DNA from: Lingula anatina
Lineage: Eukaryota; Animalia; Brachiopoda
Length of the DNA stretch: 64,000 nt
Direction of reading: 5' to 3'
Assembly (NCBI GenBank): GCA_051362555.1
Contig: CM120647.1
Span: 17,584,651 to 17,648,650 of the forward strand
Below are positions 13,401 through 27,898 of the stretch, in pieces. The notes under the pieces were generated by a model. It saw nothing but the letters and a program-made list of their open reading frames with translations. It searched no databases and had not been told where the DNA came from. The translations under genes and the position numbers were made by a program. The stretch's first letter is position 1. Each line of letters starts with the position of its first letter.

Positions 13401-16400
13401 AATTACTCACAGAAATTGAACAAAATCGACTTCTTTTCTTTCCCACAATGTTTGATATAAATAAAAAAGATAATTGAATTAAAAAAAAAACTATTTTGTT
13501 GATGTCAGAATATAAGTTTCTCAAAATGATAAATTTGGACCAAAAAAAAGTACAATGTTTGAAATTTGTGAGTATTTACCACATTTGTTCTTTCTTCTTG
13601 CTTACCTTGCCAAATCCAATGCAAGCTTTATAGATTATATTAAATCCAATTAATTATAGAAATGATTAACCAAATATTCTTTATTAAGCTGGCTGTCCTC
13701 AACATCCACCAAATGTAACTGGCGCGTCATTCAAGCCAGCTGTAGGCCCATACAAACAGGATGACGTAATAATTTATGCATGTGCGGTTGGATATGTACA
13801 GACGTCTGGGTCTGTCTCAGCAATGTGTGATAACGGAACTTATAGCTGGACTAACGAAACTATTGTTTGTGAACGTAAGTCTAACTTCTAACATATTTGT
13901 TATAAACTTTGTAGAGTAAATTGTATGTTTAAGACACTAATTGACTAAATTTTTGTTGTGTGTAGATGCATGACTAACATTGATATTCAATTTATCAAAA
14001 TGTTTATAGAATGTTCTTTTTTCAACAGGTTCACTGAGTGTTATTCAATATTTTGATTGTTATTCCTTTTTCAGTTTTTACAAAAAAGAAAGATTTTTTT
14101 TTCCAGCAGTAATAGCCATTTTTGCAGCTGCTGGACTCCTTTGATTTATAAAATTATTTTGAACCGACTGTATGAATAAAACATTGTTTTTTTATATTAA
14201 CCTTTTTCATAGATTCACAATCTATTTTTGAATATTTTTCCACATATTTTCTTTCAGCGTGGTCTCAGTACAGTTGAGGATCTAGAGCTGCAGAACTGCA
14301 ATATGTCACTTTATTTATTTATTTATTTATTTATAATACCAAGTTTCAGTATTAGTCATCTAATATGATTTCAGCTGGCTGTATCATAGCCCCTCCAACA
14401 GTAGCGGGGGCCACACTAGTGAATCCACGGGCCACCTATACAGAAGGTTCCAGACTGACATACGTCTGCCGAGAGAATTATATCAACACAGGGGGCAGCA
14501 CTGTGGCAGCTTGTAGAGGGGGAGTGTTTGTGTGGCTGAATGGAAGTGCAATTTCTTGTGAATGTAAGAGAAATTAATGCACTTGGTTTGTTTGATATTT
14601 TAATGCAGAGCAGTTTGTTCATCAGGATATCATATAGAGTGGGAAGAGTAGTTTACCTCAACACCTTATACAATTTTAAGTTGTGGAGACTTTGAAAGAC
14701 TAATCTTTCATTATCATAATTTGGTGCCTGCCTTCTTATTACATCTTAATACTGTCCCATTTCTTCGTTATATTTCTATACAAAACTTACCAAACACTTA
14801 TATTTCTTTCTCATTACTAATGGGTTTACACATAATTTCATAGCTAAAACTTATTTTCTGTAGTGGGATGTGCCGACCGTCCACCTAGTGTGACAGGTGC
14901 TTCCTTTACCCCAGACACAGGTCACATTCATCAGAACGAGGTCATAATGTATACATGTGCGCCTGGATTTGTACAAACTGCAGGTTCTAATACAGCGACC
15001 TGTCTTAACAACTCGTATGTGTGGACAAGGGCTGCTCTGGTCTGTCAATGTAGGTTTATACTGTACTGGTGCTCTCTTCTGAATCTTTTTACTGTCTCTG
15101 TATTCTTTACCTGTATTTCCATATTCAAACTGTATTTCTATTTTATAATCCAAAGGTTACTACATTTAGAATATATGTTTTTGACCATCTTATATTTTTA
15201 TTTGCTCTGTTTTATCCCTTCTTAGCCATTTTGTCCTTTTTATGAACTAAACTTCTCGGGAGTTACCAGAACCAGATCTTAATGCAAAATTTTCTTAATT
15301 CTTTGTAGATTTCTTCCTATCAAATCTCTGTTGTGGGTGTTGCTTTTTTTCTGAAAACCAATTTAGCCTCTTTTTTGTGGTAGTTCAGTCTTTAATTTTC
15401 TTCCAGATTCTAATCCAATTTTAATACTTTTGATAGACCATAGTTGGAAATGGTTCTTATTTATTTGACTTTCAGATATACCTGTGGCAATAGGGTTAAG
15501 TAAGTGCTTAGTGGAAGTGTTTTTTAAAATTATTTTCAGCATCTAGAAAAAATTAAAATTGAAATTACTTTTCAGATTTCCAAAATGGCATCACAATTTT
15601 TTTCAGTGATTATCATTTCTTTTTGTGGCCCAGTATGATGCACATGCATTGGATTTTATAATGACATTTATTCTTTTCTTTAAACACAATTTTTCAGATG
15701 GAAACTGGAAAAAAAGTGGTAAAAGCCGAAATTTCTCCTAAAAATCAAAGTTAAGAGGTACATTTATTTACTCATATTATGATGTGTTTACATCCATTCT
15801 AGCTGGTTGCTCAATCTCCCCACCCTCAGTAGCGGGGGCCACACTAGTGGATCCACGGGCCACCTATACAGAAGGTTCCAGACTGACTTATGTCTGCCAG
15901 GAGATGTATATTAACACTGGAGGCAGTGATGTAGCTGTCTGCCGGGGAGGAGTTTATGTGTGGGAGGGCGGAAATGCCATTTCTTGTGAATGTAAGGAAA
16001 AGTGATATGCAAAATACCAATATGTGAAGTTCAAATGATTTTTCACCGTGATATATTGTGAATGGCTAGTATTACGAAGCACACTTTCCAGTTTAGTTGG
16101 GATACTGAGAGATACTTATTTCTTGTCAGCTAAAATCAATTAATAGATAATAAAATGATTTTATGTTTTCATAGAATGTATTGCCCTTTATCCAACCAAG
16201 CAGCTAATCTAATGGTAACTGTTGTTATGAAATATACTCTAAAATGATATTCTGAACTTTTCCTTCATGTAGTGGGATGTAGAAATATGCCACCCAACAT
16301 CACGGGAGCCTCTTTCTCACCAGCGACTGGTTTGTACCATGAGCGCGATGTTGCCACATATGAGTGTGCATCAGGGTACGTGCAGACTGCAGGTTCCAAT

Positions 16401-19400
16401 TTGGCAACATGCAGAAGCGGAAATTATGTCTGGACCAATGGGGCCATTGTGTGTGAATGTAAGTTACATACAGTATACCATATTTTGGTTAGATTTTTCT
16501 ACTGTTACAGTTAATGGAAACTAAATTGAGAAAACTTTTTGCCATAATGACAACGTATTTAAATATAACATTTTGTATGGAACATTCTCACTTTGTTTTA
16601 TAGTGTTAATAACATTATGGTTCTTGAATAGCATCTACATTATGTTTAACATGTTTCGACCAACATGACAACTCATGAAAACTAGTCTGTCATGATTAAA
16701 ATTATCTTAAAAAATTATTAAAATGTATAAATTTTTTCATCACCATTGCTTTGTTTGGTGCTATAATATATATAATTGTACCACCAGCGTTAGCGCTGGC
16801 GGTACACATGGTTTCGGTCCCGTCCGGATCGTTCCGCCGGCTCCGCCGGCTCCGCCGGCTCCGTTGGCTCCGCCGGCTCCGCCGGACGGCTACCGTTACC
16901 GCTTCTCCTCCTAGACGGTAAGGGCCCCCGTACCCATCTCATGGATTTAGGTCACCTATAATCTCAACTCGTTCCACGTAAAATTTGGGCTTTGTCGGTA
17001 TTGGGGTCTGGGTGTGGCACTCATTGCAATGCACCCTTGTCTAAAAATGGCAAAATTAAATGCTAATTATCTACCCTACGGAAGGAGTTATGGGAAAAAT
17101 TTCTATAGACGGCTTTCCAAAAGTCATATGTGTAGATTTCAAATATACCCTTGGATTTGACCTTTGACCTTTACTTCAAGGTCAAATGGGCCAAAATTTT
17201 CAAAAAAATGAAATTTTTTACGAAAAAAATTTTTTTTGCCCTGTTATTCAGACACCACACAGACTTAACCAATAATATTATTGGAAGGTGTTACCCTTCA
17301 GGTCATCTTTCATCTCCATGAATTTGGGGTCAATCGGTGCATTTTCACGGGAGTAGCAACCATAAGATACCGAAACTGAAAACTGTCTCTAATTCGGGAA
17401 CCGTTAATGCTAGAGACCCATTCTTTTTTGCATTTTGTAGAGCATGTAAAGCCCAACACTGGAGGTGGTCTCGGTTTTTTTGTATTCCATACGGTTTTCG
17501 AGTTACGCTGTATCAAAAAGTACATATTGGTGGTAAAAGCAAAATGTGCAGTACGGTAATGGATAATAAATTTTGAACTCTGGAAAAATAAAACATAAGG
17601 CTTGGCAAAGCAGACAACCTGTGTTCAAAAATGACATTATTTCATCAAATTTGAACTTCTGAAACTTCAGAGCACCTCCTATTTCAAGAATTTTGACCAA
17701 AATGACATTTTCTTTATTTTAATTAATTTTTTCTGTACGAAATTTAAGGCACATTATGGTAACTCCAAAATTATAACATTTAGTCCCTTATATCTCCAAA
17801 ACTGGCAGAGATAGGTCCATAGTTACTATTGAAGTTGAATAGGAAGTCATATACTGGCAATCTTACTATGACCTTGAAAGTGACCTTTGACCTACTTTTC
17901 ACCATGAACTGAACTTTGCAAATTTTTCTTCCCTTTTATCTCCAAAACTGGCAGATATAGGTCCATAGTTACTATTGAACTTGAATAGGAAGTCATATAC
18001 TGGCAATCTAAATGTGACCTTAAAATTGACCTTTGACCTACTTTTCACCATAAACTGAATTTTGCAAAATTTGCTTCCCTTTTATCTCCAAAACTGGCAG
18101 AGATAGGTCCATAGTTACTATTGAACTTGAATAAAAAGTCATATACTGGCAATCAAAATGTGACCTTAAAATTGACCTTTGACCTACTTTACACCATGAA
18201 CTGAATTTTGCAAATTTTGCTTTCCTTTTATCTCCAAAACTGGCTGAGATAGGTCCGTAGTTACTATTGAACTTGAATAGGAAGTCATATACTGGCAATC
18301 AAAATGTGACCTTAAAATTGACCTTTGACCTACTTTTCACCATACACTGAATTTTGCAAAATTTGCTTCCCTTTTATCTCCAAAACTGGCAGAGATAGGT
18401 CCATAGTTACTATTGAACTTGAATAGGAAGTCATATACTGGCAATCAAAATGTGACCTTAAAATTGACCTTTGACCTACTTTACACCATAAACTGAATTT
18501 TGCAAATTTTGCTTTACTTTTATCTCCAAAACTGGCTGAGATAGGTCCGTAGTTACTATTGAACTTGAATAGGAAGTCATATACTGGCATTATAAATGTG
18601 ACATTAAAATTGACCTTTGTCCTACTTTTCACCATAAACTGAACTTTGCAAATTTTGCTTCCCTTTTATCTCCAAAACTGGCAGAGATAGGTCCATAGTT
18701 ACTATTGAACTTGAATAGAAAGTCATATACTGGCAATCTAAATGTGACCTTGAAATTGACCTTTGACCTACTTTTTATCATGAACTGAACTCTGCTAATT
18801 TCTTTCTCTTTTAACTTCAAACTTGACAGAGATAGGTCCATAGTTACTCTTGAACTTGAATAGGAAGTCATATACTGGCAATTTACTGTGACCTTGAAAT
18901 TGACCCTTGACCTACCTTACGAAGAACTTAAATTTGATTGTACCATATATATTTTTTGCAATAGTTTAAAAATTCTTGTTGATTGCATTTTTACAGCTTG
19001 TCAAGCACAAAACTGGTGGCTGTGTCCCTTATTTTGTGTATGTGGGGGTCTATACGAATGCGCTTGCTCCAGCTGGTGGTACAATATTCGGAGGCGGTAT
19101 CGCCTCTCTGATCCTCTAGTTAGATATAAGACCTTTTCAAAAGATTAATTTCAGTTTGCAATATTTGACATTTCATTTAATTAGTCAGTTCATTCAATTA
19201 CCAAAACATTTATTCTTTGTTTCCAGCTGGTTGCCAGGGAACCCCACCAACTGTGACGGGGGCCACACTAGTTAATTCAGGGGCCACCTATACAGAGGGC
19301 GCTAGGCTGAATTATGTCTGCCAGCAGAATTATATTCTCACTGGAGGCAGTGAGGTGGCTATTTGTAGAGGTGGAAATTATGTCTGGGAAAGGGGAACTG

Positions 19401-22400
19401 CTATCTCTTGTGAATGTGAGCTATTTTGTAAACACATTTTAAAGAAAATGTTCTGCTTTTGAAATTTTGAAACAAGGTTGCAAAAGTTAATGTTCTTTTG
19501 ACAATTCATAGCATATTAGATAAAGACAACACGAGGCAAAAAAAAACCTGTTGATAAAATATGAAAATCGGTGAATAGAGTGTGAAAATAGACAGTGAAT
19601 GACTTAAATATTGTGTTCCATTGATTACATAAATCACTCTCAGATAACAAAAATACAGTCATTCATTGCCCTTTCATGCTATTATTATTTTTTTTAATAA
19701 GTAAAATAGTGTTTTTTCAAGTTGAAATGTTGCTGAATCTTATTAAAAGTTGCTGTTTGATGATGTATCAAGCTATTTAACCTGCCCATATGTATATAAA
19801 TTGTATAAATATTACTAAGATTACATTCTTTTCTAGTGGGCTGTGAAAACCCACCGTCCAGTATGACAGGAGCCTCTTTCACCCCAGCCACAGGTCCTTA
19901 TCGTCAAAACACCGCCATTACCTATGCCTGCAGGTCGGGCTACGTCCAAACTGGGGGATCCAGCCGCGCCACCTGTATTAACAGCAGATATGTCTGGGAC
20001 AGCAATGGACCAATCAGATGTCAGCGTAAGTAGATGTTGAGGTTTTATATTTTGGTTTTTGTCATTTTTGATTGAATTTTATAATATAAGTTGAAAACTG
20101 AAGTTCATTTTTGATTGGTTGTTTTTCGTTTTCTGGAGATGCAGTAATAAAACTTCAAACTTCTTTTTGGACAATTATATTGATTTATGAGGTTGTTTCT
20201 CATATTTTTGCATTTGGCAGCCAAAATGAATAATTTTTCCCTTAACATTAAAATGAGTAATTCTTTTTCTTATACAGTGAGAAATAAAGTAAAATTTATT
20301 TTATTATCTTTAAACTATGCTCACAATGCATCATTTCTCAGATAAAAAACTTTCAAAAATTTTGTCAATCATTTTCAGCTGGTTGTCAAGGCAACCCACC
20401 CACAGTTACAGGGGCCGAACTTATTGCCCCAGGGGCAGCCTTCACTGAGGGCACCATACTGCCTTACGTCTGCCAGGATGGTTACATTAACACGGGGGGC
20501 AGTAACATGGCCAGGTGCTCTGGAGGAACATTTGTTTGGGATAGAGGACAGGCGATCTCCTGTGAACGTAAGTCAGGGGGGTTAAGATGGTAGCAACATG
20601 TTGTACAGAATAGAAATGAAGACATGAAAAGTTTACAGATGAAGAAATAAGTGAATATATAAATGAGTTAAAGAAGTGAATAAAAGAATAAGTAAATGAA
20701 TGTATACAGGTAAGTGTAAATGATAAATGGATTGTGAAATGAAAATTCCCAACACATTCACATGTAACACAATCTTACTTGTCATATTCACATCTAACAC
20801 AATTGAAACCCAACACTCACCTATGTCAATCACATCTAACACAATTGAAACCCAACACTCACCTATGTCAATCACATCTAACACAATTGAAACCCAACAC
20901 TCACCTATGTCAATCACATCTAACACAGTCTTAGCCTCACAATATAAAACACAATGTCTTCTGTCATTACAGGTGGTTGTGCTGGTGCACCTCCCAACGC
21001 AATTGGAGCAGCCTACATCCCCACTACTGGTCCGTACCGTGAAAATAATACTGTGACCTACTCCTGCTCATTGGGCTATGTCCAGACTAGGGGGTCAACG
21101 ACTGCTAAATGTACCAACAGCAGGTTTGAATGGACTAATGGGGCCATTGTGTGTCAGCGTAAGTGGAATTGGTTAAACAAAGAGAAAATGTGCTATCAGG
21201 CTAGAACGCACAAACACACACTCAAACACATTTACGTGTATGTAGTAATACATACACATACACAAGTTTGCACACATACGAGAAGTGGGGTATAGAGAAA
21301 ACATCCAGGCCAGCTTGTATAATGGTGCTTGCAGGCTCATACACACAAACCTACACATACACATACACACAATGTAAAAATATTGGTATTTTGTTAAAAA
21401 ATGTTTATATGTTATCAGTTTTTCACATGAGACAGTGAAATATTGCCACGTACATATGAAGGTACATTTGTCACATATCTATAGATTGAAATATTGTTCC
21501 CATGTTTTATCTAAGAGTAAGTTTTTATTTCAATATCTTTTAGCATTTATCTTATTATTATGAATAAAATTTTTGACTTCAGCTTTGGCAAATATGTTAA
21601 CAAAAAGTGTTTTTTATGCAAAATAAGATAGCAATTTTCCATTTTTCCTCCAGGTGGCTGTGGCACACCACCACAGATAGGTGGAGCCACCTACAGTCCA
21701 GTCAGGGAAACTTACCTAGAGGGCGCTCAGGTGGAGTACGTCTGCTCAGCTGGCAATGTTGGTACATCAAACAGGGAGGTGATGACCTGCGTCAATGGCA
21801 ACTGGCAGGGAGTACGACTGCAGTGTCAGGGTAAGAGATAAGAGAAATTTGCACAGACAGCAACATTTTTTTATAAGAAAGTCAAGCAATTTCATCAGAG
21901 ATCGTCTTTAGATGACTTACATTGGCAATGGTTGAAATCGAACTAAACTTAACTGAATTTACTATAAAACTATTTAAATTGTTAAAAATGGTACTGAAAG
22001 AAAAAAAAATTATGATAGTTTTGGATTATATAGCAGAATTAAACAACATGCAAGTCACCATTCCCAATTTTAGCACCCTGGCCAACTATATCACTTTGTT
22101 CAGTGCAACAACTTACATACTGACACATGCAGGGGTGGATTTAGGCTGTCTTCTGGGTCTTCCTGAAGACGGTCAGATTTTCAAGTTTACATTATGGGTA
22201 CCTATTTTTTCTGTTGGAAGATGGTCAAAAAATGGAGATTGGATCAACAAATATAATATGGAAGACTGTAAGAAAATATCACTGGATCCGCCTCTGACAT
22301 GACCTGCTCACATGTCAAAAAAATTAAAAAGAAATATATAAATGATGAATAGATAAATTGATACTAAATAAATGAGGCCCATGCCCTCTACATTCCAGCT

Positions 22401-25400
22401 GGCTGTGCACAGGGAGCTCCCACAGTGAATGGAGCCAGATACTCTCCCATGTTTGGTCCTTACCTCGAGGAGGCCACCGTGGTCTATGCCTGTTCTTTTG
22501 GTTTTGTCCGTAAGTCTGGCAGCCTCCAGGCAAAGTGTACTAATGGCAGCTTTATATGGAACAACAATGAGGCCCTTGTGTGTGAACGTGAGTATTTACT
22601 AGTCTTTAGAACTGTCTGTGTGTTAGTTGATAAAGAGACCAAACAATATTTCACTATTTTCATTAATTTATTTTAATAAATTTTGTTAATACAGAATTTC
22701 TTTCTTCTTGTTTAGTAATTTGAGCATTTATTCATGCTGGTAGATTTATTATTTTCTGTAAATTCTTTTTTAATTATATCTCCATTTTGCTCTGTATATT
22801 TAAAATGCACACATGTATCTCTCTCTGAATAATTTTTTAATTAAATAAAAAATCAGGTGGTTGTTCTGGAGAGCCCCAACGAGTGACGGGGGCCACATAT
22901 TCACAAGCAGGGCCTTACACAGAGGGCACAAGGATTACGTACAGCTGTGGGGATGACTTTGTACAAGTTGGAGGCACCAGCACCTTATCTTGTACCAACT
23001 CCAGATTTCAGTGGGGAGCTGAAGGACCAATAGCTTGTCAGCGTAAGTAGGTCACATTGACCCAGTTTTCAGAAGGACCAGTAGCTTGTCAGTACTAATA
23101 GGTCACATTGACCTAGTTTTCAGAAGGACCAATTGCTTGTCAGCAAAAAGTAGACCACATTGATCTAACCTTTGGTTGTGCAAATTGATATTGTATGTGA
23201 AGCAGAAGCATGCTTAAATACAGGTAGTATAAATACCCTGTTTTCTCAAAGTTGTGAAGTAATTGCTTATTCACTCATTTCTTACAAGTCAGTTGATAGG
23301 AATGTGAGCTAGGTATAATAATTTAAAAAATCCCCATACAGAAATAATTTTATTTCAATTTCAGCTGGTTGTAAAAATGGTCCTGTTGAGGTGACCGGAG
23401 CCTCGTTTTCACCCTCCACTGGGCCTTACGTCCAAGGGTTGCAGGTGTTCTACAGATGTCAGCTGGGTCAACTTCAGACGGCTGGGAGCAGTTTGGCCTT
23501 CTGTAATAATGGGAACTTTATGTGGGCAGCTGGTGGTCAAATTAAATGTGAAGGTATGGGTAGACAATATTTTAAGTTGGGCTTATTCCCATTGGAACTA
23601 TCATAATATGTAGGTAGATACAACACAACCGTGACTCTTGCTGAATACAGTTAGATGAACAGATTAACACTCCTCCTCTTGTTTCCAACATTCTCATATA
23701 ATGTCCAGTTTTTCTGTATTCTACTCGGTGCCAGAAGGAGGAGTGTTAATTTGTTAATTTTACAGCATTTTGCCAGAGTCCATCCAGAGTTGGAGTGACT
23801 TAAATAAAACAATAGTTTTGTTGGGAATGAACCCATACTGAATGCTGCACCAAGTGATTGTTAACAACTAGTAAATTTTGAACTTGGGGATCATTTGTGA
23901 TGAAGCCTAATAAATCTGTGCTCACTTTTGGAGAAAATAAGGTTTCACTTATTCTCAGAAAAAGAGTCCGTGTACCCACAACCTTCCAAAAAGAAATAGA
24001 CCCACAAAAAATACTTACAAAGCAGCTTCTGACTACTTAATATGTAGGTTCCTAAAGATATTTTCTTTCTTTCTTCTCCTAGGTGGTTGCTTTAGTCCTC
24101 CCCCAGTTGCATTTGCCACGCCTGAAAACACCCAAGGCCCATTCCTAGATGGCGTTAATGTCACCTACAGTTGTCGATCTGGCTATGTTCCTACAGGTGG
24201 CAGTGGAGTAGCTCGCTGTGTCTCGGGGAACTTTGAATGGGGAACACTAGGTCCTCTAAGATGTCAAGGTAGGTGCTGTGGGGTAGTCATCCACAGTTTA
24301 ATTGAAACACTTTTTATATTTCTATGGTCATGATGAATATTTGGATTAGTAAAAGGAATGTCCTGATTATAATTGGGAAACTGGAGGTTCATAATTTGAA
24401 AGAAAACAAAAGTGCTTCTTTGCTTTGTAACTTCTGCCACAATATCTCCATCTTTGAAGAGTCATACATGTCACAATGTTAAACTTCTCACTGTTAAATC
24501 TATCAAACCTACTGCATGTATGTAAAACATAGTATGGTCTCTGTTTTCACAACCAACACACCAATTTACTTTTACAGGCATCAAATTGTTATACTTACCA
24601 TATTTGCATAATACAATTCTCATTAACTTATTTCTATTTGAGATGTTGTGTTTATTTTTCCAGCGGGCTGCCCTGGCCAGCCACCAGAAATCAGTGGCGC
24701 CACCTATACCCCAAGGGCACAGTACCTGGCCAGCGCCAGTGTGGAATATCGCTGTCGGGATAGATTTATACAGGTTGGAGGTGGTGACATAGTCACATGT
24801 ACCAGGGCTGGGTTTGTGTGGAATTCTGGGGCTCCTATTGTGTGCCAAGGTGAGTCACATCCTGGAGCAATTACTCTGTCTCACCTAACACACTCAGAAT
24901 TTGTTTATATAATCGACATTTTGGGTTGATGTGCTTTGTTATACCTCAGCTGACTATACTGAAAGCAAAATTTTATCTCTTATTTTCCCCCCATCAACTT
25001 GTTAATTTAACAAATTGAATTGCCATTAAATTTCTTACAAATGGTGAGAAAGTCACTAAACCCAATCCTGTCACACCTAGCACCTAACAGCTGGTGGAAA
25101 CCCACTCAGTACTTGTGGCAAAGTCTTACTCTTTCTATACTCCTGGCAACCACCACTGACATCAAATTAAGTCCTGCTGGTATTTTGTTTTGTATGTTGA
25201 AATAATTTCGGCACAATATCTTATCACATCTAACGCACTTTTTTCAATTTTTACGCTAGTTGCACAGGCCCAATTCTTCATGCTGGTCACATCTAACACA
25301 ATTTTTTCAACTTGGCTGGTTGTACAGGCCGAGTTCTTTTTGATGGTCACAACTAACGTAATCTCTCATTTCTTCCAGCTGGTTGTGCAGGCTCACCTCC

Positions 25401-27851
25401 AGTAGTCCAGAATGCAGAGTTCAGTCCCTCTGTGGGTCCATACAGGTCAGGTGTGACGGTCTTCTACACCTGTAACACGGGATATGTGGCAACTGCTGGG
25501 GTGACTGCTGCAAGGTGTACTGACGGAAACTTCCAGTGGGTGGACGGCACTGCACTACGCTGTGCACGTAAGTTTTAACTGGAGTTCTAGTGCCTTTTAT
25601 TAAACAAACTGGGAATCTTGATTAGATTTTTGATAAGATAATTTATTGGAAGTGTATGGTGGTAACAAGTTTTGAAAGATCAGTTGCAATTACTGGTTTG
25701 CAGTTACAAGCAATCTTTAATTTTTAACTCACACAATATTCCAGTTGGATGTGGTGGGACCCCACCTTCTGTCGCAGGCGCCTCACCACCAAATCTGTCT
25801 TCCACTCCACCAAACCTGGGCTCAGTGGCAACATATGCTTGTAGCACTGGGTTTTTCCGCACTTCTGGGAGCCTGACAGCCACCTGTACCAACACTGGCT
25901 GGAACTGGGGCTCTGAGGGAGTACTTCAGTGTTCTTGTAAGTCAACTAATTCTACCTTTTCTGAAATCTCTCCTCTTTATTCTTCTACCTCTTCTTCCTG
26001 TTCTTCTACTTCTTCCTCATCTTCTTTTTGTTCTTTCTCCTCCTTGAATTCTAGAGAACTTTGTATGCAATAAACCATTTATCAGTATAATTTACTAACA
26101 TGTGTAATATGGAAGGTTTTGATAATGGACACTAATCATAATGTTCCACTGTCATATTGCAGCTGGCTGTCCACCGCCCCCACAGATAGATGGTGCTGAG
26201 TACACTCCCAGGACAGGCCCATACAGAGAAGGCAGCTCCCTCAGCTACTCCTGTGGTAGAGGGTATATCCAGATAGCAGGTGCCAGATCACTGAGATGTG
26301 AGTCTGGTGTCTGGATAGGAAGCAGGATTGCTTGTGCCCGTAAGTGAGAGATAGTTGGATCATATAGAATGTTTTATTTAAGTATATGGATTATAAGTTT
26401 CAGGGATCACTTGCTTATTAACTTTCTTTTAGCCTAACAGCTTGTTAATTATAGTAGAAATTTATTTTTTTGTCATAATAAGTGATTTATTTGAAATTTG
26501 CATAAAGGATATCAAGTGAGATATCATTTAATAGACAATTGGATAATTTCAATTTAGGGTATAATAATTTTATTGAGAGCTTCAAGATAAAACTTTATTG
26601 CTTTCAAAATAATATTTCTCATACCATAATTATTAAAGCACAACATGCATTCAGTTTTATTGGATGAGATCCCCTGAACTTGTTAAAGTGCAAGAAAAAC
26701 CATCCAGTAGTGTGCATTTTTCTCAAGCATAAAAATAAATCTTATTCACATTCCAGGGGGCTGCAGTGAGGACCCCCCCAGCACCGATGGTACCACCTGG
26801 GCCACCTCTGGCAGACCTTACATGGAGGGTGCCAAGGCCATATATGTGTGTCTACCTAACCATATAGAGGACCGGGGGAACCACACCTTGGTCTGTACCA
26901 ATGGAGAGTTCCAGGGGGAGCCACTGACCTGTGAAAGTAAGGAAGTCTTGGTTTGGACATACGCCTGCCTTTTTGATTATTTTTTTAATTTTATGTGTCG
27001 TTTTGATTTGTTTTTATGTCAACCTTTTTGATTTTGCCAGGTTAAGAGGAATGAGATGCAAGGGTTAAATGTGACTGTTATTTTCATCAGTATTTACAGT
27101 TTTTCTACCATTCTTTGTCTGTCTGCACAGCTCAAAATAAGAAATATTTTCTAAATTTTTCACAAACACAAAGTATGCTCAAAAAGTGCATTAGACCCAA
27201 AATACCCCATCAGTGATATCTTATAACTCTGATAATTCTTCATCTCACACAAACTATCATAATAAGGGAAATATTTATTTAATTTTTTGACATATTTACA
27301 GGTGGTTGCCAACAAAACCCCCCTGCTCTAAACCATGCAGACTACTCCCCAGCAAATGGGCCGTATGCCACTGGAGCTAGGGTTACTTACAGATGCCATG
27401 ACGACTATGTCAAAGTGTCTGGTGGTGACTTCCTGACATGTCAAAATGGAGTGTTTGTTGGGAATTATATTCAGTGTCAACGTAAGTAGCATTTTCTTTG
27501 GAACTTATAAGAGTACCATTTTTTATTGATTTTGAAATCGTGATAGATGTAGAAAAAAGAATGACTGGCAACTGAAACTAATTTTCTATTGGTTCAGGAA
27601 TATATATAAAATCACGTGTCAAATCTCAGATCATTTTAACACTTTAACGTCCTAAGTTAACTCTTTGCTCCCCAGGTGCATGCCCTACACCACCTTCAAA
27701 CCCAGGCACCATACAGATTGCCACTGAACCATTCATAGATGGCAGCACAGTCACATATTCCTGTGAGACTGGGGGAGTGGCTATAGCTGGAGTCAACAAC
27801 TTAGTTTGCCAGGCAGGAAGTTGGCAGGGTCAGCCACTGGTCTGTAATGGT

Positions 27852-27898
<47 letters not shown>

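Noticed and set aside
18038-18871. Repeated minus-strand ORFs (MPVYDFLFKFNSNYGPIS..)
   Set aside because: Translations of the 146-bp satellite, which is not a multiple of 3; no coding signal.
8380-20928. CRISPR-like appearance of short repeat arrays (8380, 17791, 20789)
   Set aside because: Head-to-tail tandem repeats without unique spacers, in eukaryotic introns, with no cas genes.
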